From: Pristiophorus japonicus
Taxonomy: Eukaryota
Assembly (NCBI RefSeq): GCF_044704955.1
Contig: NC_091995.1
Location: 26,660,001 to 26,724,000 of the forward strand
Reading direction: 5' to 3'
DNA length: 64,000 bases
The notes under the pieces are model-generated. The model was given only the letters and a program-made list of their open reading frames with translations. It made no database searches and was not told the DNA's origin. Positions 13,952-27,718 of the stretch are shown here, in pieces; positions within the stretch are counted from its first letter, which is position 1, and the number at the start of each line of letters is the position of its first letter. The position numbers and the translations under genes are program-made.

Positions 13952-14255
13952 CCACGCCTCTTCACGCACCTCCTAACGCCTCTCATGGCATTTATAGGCC
14001 TCTCGCCAACCCCAGACTCACGCCTCTCCACGCACCTCCCGACGCCTCTCGCGGCCTTTATAGGGCTCTCGCTGACCCCGGACTCACGCCTCAGCGACGC
14101 ACCTCCCGACTGCTGAACTCGCGGCCTTTATAGGCCTCTCGCCGACCCCGGACTCACGCCTCTCCATGCACCTCCCGACGCCTCTCGCGGCCTTTATAGG
14201 CCTCTCGCTGACCCCGGACTCACGCCTCAGCGACGCACCTCACGACTGCTGATCT
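13952..14255 (-). repeat. About four GC-rich tandem monomers (~66-70 bp) at the CR1 5' end
   Basis: Recurrent CACGCCTC..CACCTCCCGAC..GCGGCCTTTATAGGCCTCTCGC.GACCCCGGACT. Confidence 0.85.
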
Positions 14256-16149
14256 CGCAACCTCCACTAGTCACTGCCTGCCATTTTGAAAAGGACCCAT
14301 TTATCCTGAATCTCTGCTTCCTGTCTGCCAACCAGTTCTCTATCCACATCAGTATATTACCTCTAATACTATGTGCTTTGATTTTGCACACCAATCTCTT
14401 GTGTGGGACCTTGTCAAAAGCCTTTTGAAAGTTCAAATACATCACATCCACTGGTTCTCCCTTGTCCACTCTACTCGTTACATCCTCAAAAAATTCAAGA
14501 AGCTTTGTCAAGCATGATTTTCCCTTCATAAATCCATACTGACTTGGATCGATCCTGTCACTGCTTTCCAAATATGCTGCTATTTCATCCTTAATAATCG
14601 ATTCCAACATTTTCCCCACTACTGATGTCTGGCCTACCAGTCTATAATTACCTGTTTTCTCTCTCCCTCCCTTTTTAAAAAGTGGTGTTACATTAGCTAC
14701 CCTCCAGTCCATAGGAACTGATCCAGAGTTGATAGACTGTTGGAAAATGATCACCAATGCATCCACTATTTCTAGGACCACTTTCTTAAGTACTCTGGGA
14801 TGCAGACTATCAGGCCCCAGGGATGTATCGGCCTTCAATCCCATTAATTTCCCAAACACAATTTCCCACCTAATAAGGATATCCTTCAGTTCCTCCTTCT
14901 CACTAGACCCTCGGTCCCCTAGTACTTCCAGAAGGTTATTTGTGACTTCCTTCGTGAAGACAGAACCAAAGTATTTGTTCAATTGGTCTGCCATTTCTTT
15001 GTTCCCCATTATAAATTCACCTGAATCTGACTGCAAGGGACCTATGTTTGTCTTCACTAATCTTTTTCTCTTCACATATCTATAGAAGCTTTTGCAAAAA
15101 CATTTCAAAATTGAAAAAAAATCATCAGATCGTTAACATAGAAATGTAAAAATCTCACATTTAAAACGATAAATTTATCCTTCAGTAAATATAGTTTCTT
15201 CAAAAACAAGTGAAGTGGGTGTCTTTGAGGTATCAGTAAAATAACTGGCAGAGTGTGCAGACCGACAGAGGCCTGGACCCGGGTCCACCTCCTTCTCTCG
15301 CTATCTCCAGCCTCAGCTCCATGTGCCCGGGAGAGATCCCATGCCCCAGGTACAATGATCCTGTATTTCTTGAGCAGGACACAGGGTGCCTGCTGTCCCA
15401 TTAACCATTTCACCGCTTTCAATAAGCGGCCTCATCTCATTCATATAATAAAATCCACAGAATATTTTTCCATTATAATAGTTTATTTACGATCCCATAC
15501 GCCAAGCTCGGGTATTGGGAGAGACCAAAAATACAGAATATATGCTGAGGGTGGGGACTACAAGATACAGATGCGATTTTTCATCAGCCCTTCTGACTTG
15601 AATTTATAAACAGATTTTATTTTTAAATGAGGTTTCAAATCCTTTCTATAGGAAAACTGTTGTCCCTTTAACCATGAGCAATAATGGCTATTTTTATAAT
15701 ATTTCCGTAGATCAAATCCACATTCTGTACATTTACCCCTCAATTAATATCACAAACACAATGTAGTCATTTATCTCCTTGTTATATCTGGAACATTGCT
15801 GAGCACACATTGGCTGCTGCATTTCCTGACATTAAATGGTGACTACACTGTAAATTATTTCATTGTCTGTGAGAGACTTTGTGCCGTCCTGAGGTTGTGA
15901 AAGGTGTAAATCCGAGTTGTTTCTTCCCACATTGATCCACACCGAGAAATTATTTATGTCCCTCTCACTTTGCCCGCTGTTTCTGTCACAATGATCCTTT
16001 GGCTGTGAAGGGACTGAATCTGAATTCAATGCTCTCGGGTTTACTTTGCTCAGCAAACTGAGCATTAAATGAGAGATCATGTGTTCTTTCTGTACTTGAA
16101 GTCCACATGTCGGCAGGTACCAGTAACCGCTATAATAGACAGGTCAGTG

Positions 16150-18209
16150 CTATTTTAATACAAGTTGTTGAAACATTGTGAGGAAGTTATTGCGGTTCCA
16201 GCAGGACTGCCAATGGATTGAATTCTCCAGCCGTTGCCCACCCCTGAACAGCGCGATCCCGGGTGTGGGTGGAGTTCTCCCGCTGTCAGTCGCTCTGCAT
16301 CTCCGGCTCACACACAAGTACAGGCAGGCCCCGAGCACAGTGACAGCGCCAAAGATGAGCACATGGAGCAGGAGAGCGGGTGGGTGGTCGGGGAGTTGTT
16401 CGGTGGTCTCCGCTTGCTCTATGCAGCTCCGGGTCGGATGCTCAGTGTCTGCAACAGGAATATGATCATTTACAGCAACCTGACTAGGTTCAAAAGGCAG
16501 ACTTTAATCATTCTTTATCAATTTGCTGGCAATATTCAGCTTGTTTCCGAGCGACAAGTGCAGTACAGTTAAATACTGTTCCTCTATCAGCAAAGGACAC
16601 TGAGGATTAAATGGGTTCAATAATCAGACTGTGAATTCCTACCTGTCCCGGGATAGACTGTTAACGTCACATTGCCTTCACTGGCGATGTTCCTACCACT
16701 GTAAACCGATATCACATACACACCGCTGTCACTGGGCTGCAGATCCCACAGTAACAGGGATCCATTCTCCGTGTAGATGTGGACTCTCTCACTGTGGGAA
16801 GGAGCGACCCGCTGGTAATCTGAACAGGTATACCCGGGTCTGTCAGGGTCGGCAGAGCAGTTCGATCTGGCCAGTGTCACGAATGGACTGTCTCCGGGGA
16901 ACAAAAACCACTTTATCTTTAGAGTGGAGTCGGGAGTGAGTGTGGAATAGGACACGGGGAGAAGGACAGCTCACTTCTCTCTGACCGACTCTCACAGTAA
17001 CACGGCTTCCAGAGGCTGCAACACATTCACAACAAAGAATCAGCTTCAGAAAGAGAAATAAAACAGCTTAGAATTCCTTATGAAGAGTTTAACTCAGGAG
17101 CCTGGTTATAAAGCATCCCATTAGTTCGAAATTTCAAAATCCGTGCAGCACCAACATAGAATACATTTGATCGAATGAACATAACGACCAGTCAGAGAGC
17201 ATGAAATTATAAAATCATTGATCCATACCGCACAGAGGGACGCCATTCGGCCCATCCTGTCTGTGCCAGCTCTTTGAAAGTTCTATCCAATTAGTCCCAC
17301 TGCCCCGCTCTCTCCCCGGAGCTCTGCAAATGTTTCCTTTTCAAGTATATATTCAATTCCCCTTCCTGTTGTATCTGCTTCCACCGCCTTTTCAGGGAAT
17401 GCATTGCAGGTCATAATAACAGAATGCGAGACTTTAACAATTAAATAGTCACTATTAAATACAAACAAAGAGCTCAGGATAAATACATTTATCCAGACCG
17501 TGGTGAGAATGGGGAACTCGTTACCACAAGGAGTGGTTGAGTTGTATAGCATAGATGCATTTAAGGAGACGCTGGATAAGCACCGGAGGGAGAAGGTAAT
17601 AGAAGGATATGTTGATGGGTTAGATGATGGAAATAGATTGTGGGGTAGGTGGTAAGGAGCGTATACACCGGCTTATAACAGTTTGTCCAAACGGCCTATT
17701 CTATGCTATAAATTCTATGTAATTCTATGTAATAATAATTAAATACAGACTTGGGAGAAAACAATTGATACAATCTGCCAATTTTCCACATTTGATACAC
17801 ACGCGAACATCTGACACGTTAATAAATAATTATAATTAAAGACTTATTGGCGGTCAGTTAATTCATTGATAAATCCCAGCTACCTTTAGAGGTTGAGGTA
17901 ACTCTCAGTGTGGAACAGTAACTGGAGGGCAAGTGGTGAGGGGGAATCTACCTGTTCACAGGAGCCCGACTGAATGAGACTGAAGATCTCAGGGAATGAG
18001 TTGAGCTTCATTCGCTTTAGATCAGTGAGCGATTGACCCCCAGCCCCGATTAAAGACAGTCAGCAAAACAGTCACACAGAGTCAGGGGGAACTTAGAAAT
18101 AGAACAACATTGATACTGGAAGTTAGGAAAAAAACATTGCCGGAGACGGAAATAAAGTAACTGATGAAAATTAAATGGTCAATTGAAGCAGATTTATTTC
18201 TCTGCACAT
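16150..18209 (-). pseudogene. IgSF array copy 3 (leader 18209-18141; V 17015-16643; stalk/TM/tail 16448-16150)
   Basis: The leader has a 4-nt deletion giving an early TAA, and a GC donor. The V exon is 373 nt (17-nt deletion vs the 390-nt consensus) and keeps ENGSLLLWDLQPSDSGVYVISV...GNVTLTVY. TM is ALLLHVLIFGAVTVLGACLYLCV followed by SRR. Confidence 0.85.
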
Positions 18210-18457
18210 AGTGAGCTCCGGGTGCGCCCCGATATCAAAATAAAGCAAGACCAAGTTGAAGTGAATAAAATGGAGGAAAGTTTCTCTTGTGATCCAGGGT
18301 TTGGGTTTGCAGCAGAAGTGACCAGAACTAAGTGGCAAAATTATTGCAAAAACATTTCAAAATAAAAAATATCAGATCATTAGCATAAAAATCTAACATT
18401 TTCACGTATAAATTGGTAAATTCGGCCATTAGTCAATATAGATTCTTTGAAAGCAAA

Positions 18458-19175
18458 AGAACATATGAACATGTGAAATAGGCACAGGTGTAGGCCATAG
18501 GCCCCTCGAGCCTGCTCCCATTTAATACGATCATGGCTGATGGATCATGGACTCAGCTCCATTTCCCTGCCCGCTCCCCATAATCCCTTATTCCCTTATC
18601 GATTAAGAAACTGTCTCGCTCTGTCTTAAATTTATTCAATGACCCAGCTTCCACAGCTCTCCGTGGCAGCAAATTCCACAGATTTACAACCCTCTGAGGG
18701 AAGAAATTCCTCCTCATCTCAGTTTTAAATGGACAGCCCCTTATTCTAAGATCATGCCCCCTAGTTCTAGTCTCCCGCATCAGTGGAAACATCCTCTCTG
18801 CATCAACCTTGTCAAGCCCCCTCATAATCTTATACATTTCGATAAGATCGCCTCTCATTCTTCTGAATTCCAATGAGTAGAGGCCCAAACTACTCAACCT
18901 TTCCTCTTAAGTTAACCCCTTCATCTGCGGAATCAACCTAGTGAATCTTCTCTGAACTGCCTCCAAAGCAAGTATATCCTTTCGTAAATATGGACATCAA
19001 AACTCTACGAAATATTCCAGGTGTGGCCTCACCAATACCCTGGATAACTAGCAAGACTTCCCTGCTTTTATACTCCTTCCCCTTTGCAATAAAGTCCAAG
19101 ATTCCATGGTCTTCCTGATCACTCGCTCTACCTGCATACTAACCTTTTGTGTTTCATGCAATTTTTCACCATTAT
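18458..19175 (-). mobile_element. CR1 3' fragment, co-duplicated with 23545-24310
   Basis: RT C-terminal ORF at 18553-18897; same flanks as the 23.5 kb copy. Confidence 0.9.
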
Positions 19176-20715
19176 TTAATAAATAAACCACTCAAGTGGG
19201 TGTGTTTGAGGTATCTGAAAAATAAGTGGCAGAATGTGCAGACCGACAGAGGCCTGGGCCCGGGTCCATCTCCATCACTCTCTAACTCCAGCCCCAGCTC
19301 CATGTGCAGGGAGAGATCCCACCGCCCCAGGTACGATGATCCTGTGCTTCCTGAGCAGGGCCCGGGGTGCCTGCTGTCCCATTAATCATTTCATCGCTTT
19401 CAATATGCGGCCTCATCTCGTCCATATAATAACATCGAAAATACACGTTTTTTTTTCATTTCAATAGTTTATTTACGATCCCATGCCTTGCTTGGTTATT
19501 GGCAGAGACCAAACATGCAGAGGACATGCTGAGGGCGGGGATTACATTAGACAGACGCGGATTTTCATCAGCGTTGATATCCTTCCGACTTGGGTTTGCA
19601 AACAGACTATTGTAAACAAAGGTTTCAAAAACTTTCTATAAGAAAATAATTGCCCCTTTGACCATGACCAATTATTGCTACTTTTTATCATATTTCGTAC
19701 ATCAAAATACATTCTGCACACTACCCCTCAATTAAGATCACAAAAAAATGTAATTTATCTCTTTGCTATAACTGGAATCTTGCTGAGCACACATTCGCGG
19801 CTGCATTTCCTGATATTAAACAGTGACTACACTGTAAATTACTTCATTGTCTGTGACTGACTTTGTGCCGTCCTGAGGTTGTGAAAGGTGTAAATCCGAG
19901 TTGTTTCTTCCCACATTGATCCACACCCAGAGATTATTTCTGTCCCCCTCACTTTGCCAGCTGTTTGCGTCTCAATGATCCTGTGGCAGTGAAGGGACTG
20001 AATCTGAATCCAATGCTCTCGGGTTTAAGGTGCTCAGCACACTGAGCATTAAATGAGAGATCATGTGTTCTTTCTTTACTTGAAGTCCACATGTCGGCAA
20101 GTACCAGTAACCGCTATAATAGACAAGTCAGTGCTCCCAATAACACTGGGTGTGGTCAATGAGCCGTGAGCTGTACAAACTGGAGCAACTGATGGTCGGG
20201 AGTGAGGCCCTGAAAAACCCACCTCACAGAACAGGCCGGGAAATCATACTGGAAGGCTTGTGGGCAAAATACAAAAGTATCGGAAGGGCGACTCACAACC
20301 GCAGTGAGCAGAGGGCAGGGCAGGAATTCACAGCGGAGAGATTCCAATAGGCGCTTTCGCCAGAGTTACGCTGGGGTTAGGACCGCATTAGTTCCAGTTT
20401 ACAATTCAGAACAAGGGTTTTACTTCCCGATTTTAATCGCTCCACCATTAGTGGCCCTGCCTTCAGCCGCCTCGACCCGAAACTCTGGAATTCCCTGCCC
20501 AAACCTCTCGGCCTACCTCTCAGTCCTCCTTTTTGTCTCCTTAGAACATACCTATTTAGCCAAGCTTTTGGTCATTTGCCCTAATTTTCCTTCTCGGCTG
20601 TGTGTCAAATTTTGTTTCATAATACTCCTGTGAAGCCCCTTGGGACGTTTTACTACATAAAAGGCACTGTATAAATACAAGTTGTTGTTCTTGTTGTTGA
20701 AACATTGTGAGGAAG

Positions 20716-23301
20716 TTATTGCGGTTCCAGCAGGACTGCCAATGGATTGAATTCTCCAGCCGTTGCCCACCCCTGAACAGCGGGATCCCCGGGTGTGGGT
20801 GGAGTTCTCCCGCTGTCAATCGCTCTGTATCTCCGGCTCACACACAAGTACATGCAGGCCCCGAGCACAGTGACAGCGCCAAAGATGAGCACACGGAGCA
20901 GGAGAGCGGTGGGTGGTCGGGGAGCTGTCCGGTGGTCTCCGCTTGTTCTGTGCAGCTCCGGGTCGGATGCTCAGTTCCTGCAACAAGAATTTGATCATTT
21001 ACAGCAATCTGACTAGGTTCAAAAGGCAGACTTTAATTATTCTTTATCGATTTGTTGGCAATATTCACCTTGTTTCAAAGCGAGAAGTAGAGTATAGCTA
21101 CATAATGTTACTCTATCAGCAAAGGATACTGAGGATTAAATGGGTTCAATAATCAGACTGAATTCCTACCTGTCCCGGGATAGACTGTTAACGTCACATT
21201 GCCTTCACTGGCGATGTCCCCACCACTGTAAACAGATATAACATACACGCCGCTGTCACTGGGCTGCAGATCCCACAGTAACAAGGATCCATTCTCCGGG
21301 TAGATGTGGACTCTCCCTGTGGGGATGAGCGACCCGCTGGTAATCTGAACAGGTATACTCGGGTCTGTCAGGGTCGTCAGAACAGTTTGATCGAGTCAGC
21401 GTCACTGATGGAGTGTCGCCTGGGAATAAAAACCACTATCTTTACAGTGGAATAGGGAGTGTCAGTGCAGTAGGAGACGGGGAGAAGGACAGACTGGTTC
21501 ACCGTCCCGCTCACTTCTCTCTGACCGACGCTCACAGTAACACGGCTTCCACAGGCTGCAACACATTCGAAAGAAAGGATCAGCTTCAGAAAGAGAAATA
21601 AAACAGCTTAGAATTCCTTATGAAGAGTTTGACTCAGGAGCCTGGTTAAAAGCATCCCATTAGATCGAAATTTCAAAATCCGTGCAACACCAACAAAGAA
21701 TACATTTGATCGAATGAACATAACGACCAGTCAGAGAGCATGAAATTATAGAATCATAGATTCATACCACACAGAGGGAGGCCATTCGGCCCATCCTGCC
21801 TGTGCCGGCTCTTTGAAAGTGCTATCCAAAGTACTGCTTTGAAAGTACTTACTCACCTTTCATAAGGAAGGATATACTAGCTTTGGAGGGGGTACAGAGA
21901 CGATTCACGAGGCTGATTCCGGAGATGAGGGGATTACCCTATGAAGATAGATTGAGTAGACTGGGTCTTTACTCGTTGGAGTTCAGAAGGATGAGGGGTG
22001 ATCTTATAGAAACATTTAAAATAATGATTCCACTGGTCGGGGAGACTAGAACTAGGGGGCACAACCTCAAAATAGGGGGGAGCCAATTTAAAACCGAATT
22101 GAGAAGGAATTTCTTCTCCCAGAGGGTTGTGAATCTGTGGAATTCTCTGCCCAAGGAAGTAGTCGAGGCTAGCTCATTGAATATATTCAAGTCACAGATA
22201 GATAGATTTTTAACCAATAAGGGAATTAAGTGTTACGGGGAGCGGGCGGGTTAGTGGAGCTGAGTCCACGGCCAGTTCAGCCATGATCTTGTTGAATGGT
22301 GGAGCAGGCTCGAGGGGCTAGATGGCCTACTCCTGTTACTAATTCTTATGTTCTTATATTCTTATGTTCAATTAATCCCACTACCCCGCTCTCTCCCCGG
22401 AGCTCTGCAAATGTTTCCTTTTCAAGTATATATTCAATTCCCCCTTGAAGCTTCCTGTTGTATCTGCTTCCACCGCCCTTTCACCGAATGCATTGCAGGT
22501 CATAACAACAGAATGCGAGACTTTAATAATTAAATAGTCACTATTAAATACAAACAAAGAGCTCAGGATAAATAAATTTACCCAGAGGGTGGTGAGAATG
22601 GGGAACTCGTTACCACAAGGAGTGGTTGAGGTGAATAGCATAGGTGCATTTAAGGAGAAGCTGGATAAGCACCAGAGGGAGAAGGTAATAGAAGGATATG
22701 TTGATGGGTTAGATGATGGAAATAGATTGTGGCGTAGGTGGTAAGGAGCTTATACACTGGATAATAACTGTTTGTCCAAACGGCCTATTCTATGCTATAA
22801 ATTCTATATAATTCTATGTAATAATAATTAAATACAGACTTGGGAGAAAACAATTGCTACAATCTGCCAATTTTACACATTTGATACACACGCGAACATC
22901 TGACACGTTAATAAATAATTATAATTAAAGACTTATTGGAGGTCAGTTAATTCATTGATAAATCCCAGCTACCTTTAGAGGTTGAGGTAACTCTCAGTGT
23001 GGAACAGTAATTGGAGGACAAGTGGTGAGGGGGAATCTACCTGTTCACAGGAGCCCGACTGAATGAGACTGAAGATCTCAGGGAATGAGTTGAGCTTCAT
23101 TGACTTTAGATCAGTGAGTGTTTGCCCCGCAGCCCCGATTAAACATAGTCAGCAAAACAGTCACACAGAGTCAGGGGGAACTTAGAAATAGAACGACATT
23201 GATATTAGAAGTTAGGAAAAAAACTTACCGGAGACGGAAATAAAGTAACTGATGAAAATGAAATGGTTGGTCAATTGAAGCAGATTTATTTCTCTGCACA
23301 T
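20716..23301 (-). pseudogene. IgSF array copy 4 (leader 23301-23229; V 21555-21170; stalk/TM/tail 20977-20716), the least damaged copy
   Basis: Intact 73-nt leader MCREINLLQLTNHFIFISYFISVS-G|GTAAG. All splice sites are canonical and phase 1. The V exon is 386 nt (two 2-nt deletions) and the TM exon has a 1-nt deletion. No in-frame stop remains after correction (241 aa). Confidence 0.8.
21855..22368 (+). mobile_element. CR1 3' fragment in intron 1 of copy 4
   Basis: RT C-terminal ORF at 21883-22254 and tail ...CTAATTCTTATGTTCTTAT. Confidence 0.9.
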
Positions 23302-23544
23302 AGTGAGCTCCGGGTGCGCCCCGATATCACAATAAAGCAAGACCAAGTTGAAGTGAATAAAATGGAGGAAATTTCTCATGTGATCCGGGGTTTGGGTTTT
23401 CAGCGGAAGTGACCAGAACCAAGTGGCAAAATTATTGCAAAAACAGTTCAAAATAAAAAAATATCAGACCATTAGCATAAAAATCTAACATTCTCATGTA
23501 TAAATTGATAAATTCAGCCTTTAGTCGATATAGATTCTTTGAAA

Positions 23545-24310
23545 ACATAAGAACATATGAACATGTGAAATAGCAACAGGAGTAGGCCATAGGCCCCTCG
23601 AGCCTGCTTCCATTTAATACGATCATGGCTGATGGATCATGGACTCAGCTCCATTTCCCTGCCCGCTCCCCATAATCCCTTATTCCCTTATCGGTTAAGA
23701 AACTGACTTGCTCTGTCTTAAATTTATTCAATGACCCAGCTTCCACAGCTCTCCGTGGCAGCAAATTCCACAGATTTACAACCCTCTGAGGGAAGAAATT
23801 CCTCCTCATCTCAGTTTTAAATGGACAGCCCCTTATTCTAAGATCATGCCCCCTAGTTCTAGTCTCCCCTATCAGTGGAAACATCCTCTCTGCATCCATC
23901 TTGTCAAACCCCCTCATAATCTTATACATTTCATTAAGACCGCCTCTCATTCTTCTGAATTCCAATGAGTAGAGGCCCAAACTACTCAACCTTTCCTCAT
24001 AAGTTAACCCCTTCATCTGCGGAATCAACCTAGTGAATCTTCTCTGAACTGCCTCCAAAGCAAGTATATCCTTTCATAAATATGGACACCAAAACTGTAC
24101 GCAGTATTCCAGGTGTGGCCTCACCAATACCCTGGATAACTAGCAAGACTTCCCTGCATTTATACTCCTTCCCCTTTGCAATAAAGACCAAGATTCCATT
24201 GGTCTTCCTGATCACTTGCTCTACCTGCATGGTATCCTTTTGTGTTTCATGCACAAGGACCCCCTGGTCCCGCTGTACTGCAGCACTTTGCAATTTTTCA
24301 CCATTTAGTT
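23545..24310 (-). mobile_element. CR1 3' fragment, co-duplicated with 18458-19175
   Basis: RT C-terminal ORF at 23645-24058. Confidence 0.9.
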
Positions 24311-25763
24311 AATAAATAAACCGCTTAAGTGGGTGTGTTTGAGGTATCTGAAACATAACAGGCAGTGTGGGCACGGGTCCATCTCCATCTCTCTCTATCT
24401 CCAGCCCCAGCTCCAAGTGCCCGGAGAGATCCCACCACCCCAGGTACAATGATTCTGTGCTTCCTGAGCAGGGCCCGGGGTGCCTGCTGTCCCATTGACC
24501 ATTTCACCGCTTTCAATAAGCGGCCTCATCTCGTTCATATAACATCGAAAATACACGTTTTTTTCTCATTTCAATAGTTTAGTTACGATCCCATGCCCAA
24601 GCTTGGTTATTGGGAGAGACCAAACATATAGAGGACATGCTGAGGGCGGGGATTACATTCGACAGATGCGGATTTTCATCAGAGTTGATGTCCTTCCGAC
24701 TTGGGTTTGCAAACAAGGGTTTCAAATACTTTCTATAAGAAAATAATTGTCCCTTTGACCATGAGCAATAATTGCTATTTTTTATCATATTTCCGTACAT
24801 CAAAATACATTCTGCACACTACCCCTCAATTAAGATCACAAAAAATGTAATTTATCTCTTTGCTATATCTGGAACATTGCTGAGCACACATTGACTGCTG
24901 TATTTCCTGACATTAAACGGTGACTACACTGTAAATTACTTCATTGTCTGTGAGAGACTTTGTGTCGTCCTGAGGTTGTGAAAGGTGTAAATCTGAGTTG
25001 TTTCTTCCCACATTGATCCACACCCAGAAATTATTTCTGTCCCCCTCACTTTGCCCGCTGTTTATGTCTCAATGATCCTGTGAAGGGATTGATCCTCTCG
25101 GGTTTACTTTGCTCAGCACACTGAGCATTAAATGAGAGATCATTTGTTCTTTCTTTACTTGAAGTCCACATGTCGGCAGGTACCAGTAACCGCTATAATA
25201 GACAGGTCAGTGCTCCCAATAACACTGGTTGTGATCAGTGAGCCGGGAGCTGCACAAACTGGAGCAACTGATGGTTGGGAGTAAGGCCTGAAAAACCCGC
25301 TTCACAGAAAAGGCCTGGAAATCACAGTGAAAGGCTTGTGGGCAAAAGACAAAAGGGTCAGAAGGGCGACTCACAACTGCAGTGGGCAGAGGGCGGGGCA
25401 GGAATTCACAGCGGGGGGATTCCCAGAGGTGCTTTCGCCAGAGTTAGGCTGGGGTCAGGACCGCATTAGTTCCAGTTTACAATTCAGAACAAGGGTTTTA
25501 CTCCCCGATTATAATCGCTCCACCATTAGTGGCCCTGCCTTCAGCCGCCTCGACCCGAAACTCTAGAATTCCCTGCTCAAACCTCTCCGCCTCTCTACCT
25601 CTCCCCCTACTTTGCGACTCTCCAAGGAACCTCACTCTTTGACCAAGCTTTTGGCCATCTGCCCTAATTTCTCCTCATGTGTCTCGGCATCAAATGTTGC
25701 TTTATACAGCTCCTGTGATGTTATATGAATGCAACTTGTTGTTGTTGAAACATTGTGAGGAAG

Positions 25764-26597
25764 TTATTGCAGTTCCAGCAGGACTTCAAATGGATTGAAT
25801 TCTCCAGCCGTTGTCCACCCCTGAACAGCGCGATCCCCGGGTGTGGGTTGAGTTCTCCCGCTGTCAGTCGCTCTGTATCTTTGGCTCGCACACAATTATA
25901 GGCAGGCCCCGAGCACAGTGACAGCGCCAAAGATGAGCACACGGAGCAGGAGAGCGGGTGGGTGGTCGGTGAGCTGTCCGGGGGTCTCCGCTTGCTCTGT
26001 GCAGCTCCGGGTCGGATGCTCAGTGTCTGAAACAAAAATTTGATCATTTACAGCAACCCGACTAGGTTCAAAAGGCAGACTTTAATCATTCTTTATCAAT
26101 TTGCTGGCAATATTCAGCTTGTTTCCAAGCGACAAGTACAGTGTCGTCAAATAATGTTCCTCTATCAGCAAAAGGCACTGAGGATTAGATGGGTTCAATA
26201 ATCAGACTGTGAATTCCTACCTGTCCCGGGATAGACTGTGAACGTCACATTCCGTTCACTGGCTGTGTTCCCACCACTGTGAACACGCTGCTGTCACTGG
26301 GCTGCAGATCCCACAGAAACAAGGATCCATTCTCCGGGTTTATGTGGACTCTCTCCCTGTGGGAAGGAGCGACCCGCTGGTAATCTGAACAGGTATACCC
26401 GGGTCTGTCAGGGTCGGCAGAGCAGTTTGTTCGGAACAATATCACAAATGCACTGTCTCCGGGGAATAAAAACCAGGTTATCTTTACAGTGGTGTAGGGA
26501 GTGAGTGTGGAGTAGGAGACGGGGAGAAGCACAAACTGGTTCACCGTCCCGCTCACTTCTCTCTGACCGACGCTCACAGTAATCCGGCTTCCAGAGG
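25764..26597 (-). pseudogene. IgSF array copy 5 (V 26597-26221; stalk/TM/tail 26026-25764; leader deleted)
   Basis: The V exon is 377 nt (13-nt deletion in the DSGVYV strand). There is a TAC>TAA nonsense change inside the TM at 25896-25898. Only the leader's donor site survives, at 27718. Confidence 0.85.
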
Positions 26598-27718
26598 CTG
26601 CAACACATTCAAAACAATAAATCAGCTTCAGAATGGGAAATAAAACAGCTTAGAATTCCTTAAGAAGGTTTTAAATCGGGAGTCTGGTTATAAAGCATCC
26701 CATGAATTCGAAATCACAAAATACCTGCAGCACCAACAAAGAATACATTTGATAGAATGAACATAACGACCAGTCAGACAACATGAAATTATAGAATCAT
26801 AGATCCATACCGCACAGAGGGAAGACATTCGGCCCATCGTGTCTGTGCCGGCTCTTTGAATTCCAATTCGTGCCCCTCCCCCGTCCTTTTCCCAAAACCC
26901 TGGAAAGGTTTCCTTTTCAACTATATATTCAATTCCCCTCTGAATCTTTCTGTTGTATCTGCTTCCACCACCCTTTCAGGGAATGCATTACAGATCATAA
27001 CAACAGCATGTGAGACTTTAATAATTAAATCGTCACTATTAAATTAAAACAAAGAGCTCAGGATAAATACATTTACCCAGAGAGTGGAGAGAATGGGGAA
27101 CTCGCTACCACAAGGGGTGGTTGAGGTGAATAGCTTAGATGCATTTAAGGGGAATCTGGATAAACACCTGAGGGAGACGGTAAAAAAGGGATATGTGGAT
27201 GGGTTAGATGATGTAAATAGATTGTGGGGAGGGTGGTAAGGAGCTTATACACCGGCTTATAACAGTTTGTCTGAACGGCCTATTCTGTGCTGTGAATTCG
27301 ATGAAATTTGATTTAATAATCATTAAAAATAGACTTGGGAGAAAACAATTGATACAATCTGCCAATTTTACACATTTGATACACACGGGAACATCTGACA
27401 AATTAACAAATAATAATAATTGAAGAACTGTTGGAGATCAGTTAATTCATTAATAACTGTCAGCTACAGTTATAGATTGAGGTAACTCTCAGTGTGGAAC
27501 AGTGAGGGCAGGTGGTGAGGGGGAATCTACCTGTTCACAGGAGCCCAACTGAATGAGACTGAAGATCTCAGGGAATGAGTTGAGCTTCATTCACTTTAGA
27601 TCAGTGAGCGATTGAACCCCAGCCCCGATTAAAGACAGTCAGCAAAACAGTTACACAGAGTCAAGGGGAAACGCAGAAACAGAATTACATTGATACTGGA
27701 AGTGAGAAAAAAACTTAC

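Larger units (their letters stand above)
9592..14261 (-). mobile_element. Near full-length CR1 LINE (5' monomers, ORF1, endonuclease, RT, tail), inactivated
   Basis: ORF1 at 12910-13770, APE endonuclease at 11806-12396 (VYRPPN, MGDFN, LDLVL, SDHN), RT pieces at 9690-11550. Possible 3-bp CTC duplication at 9589-9591 / 14262-14264. Confidence 0.93.
8715..15095 (-). mobile_element. Outer CR1 LINE (8715-9591 + 14262-15095), split by a nested CR1
   Basis: RT sequence ...GCGGCACT|CCACTAGTCACTGCC is continuous across the inner insertion. Tail at 8715-8745; RT N-terminal ORF at 14227-15108. Confidence 0.88.

Noticed and set aside
26725-26764. Alternative mini-leader MFILSNVFFVGAA-G|GT about 125 bp upstream of the V exon (also near 28561)
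   Set aside because: It is phase-compatible, but the donor is lost in copies 3 and 4 and it is frameshifted in copy 2. The upstream leader is a better signal peptide with a stronger donor. Not excluded as a minor isoform.
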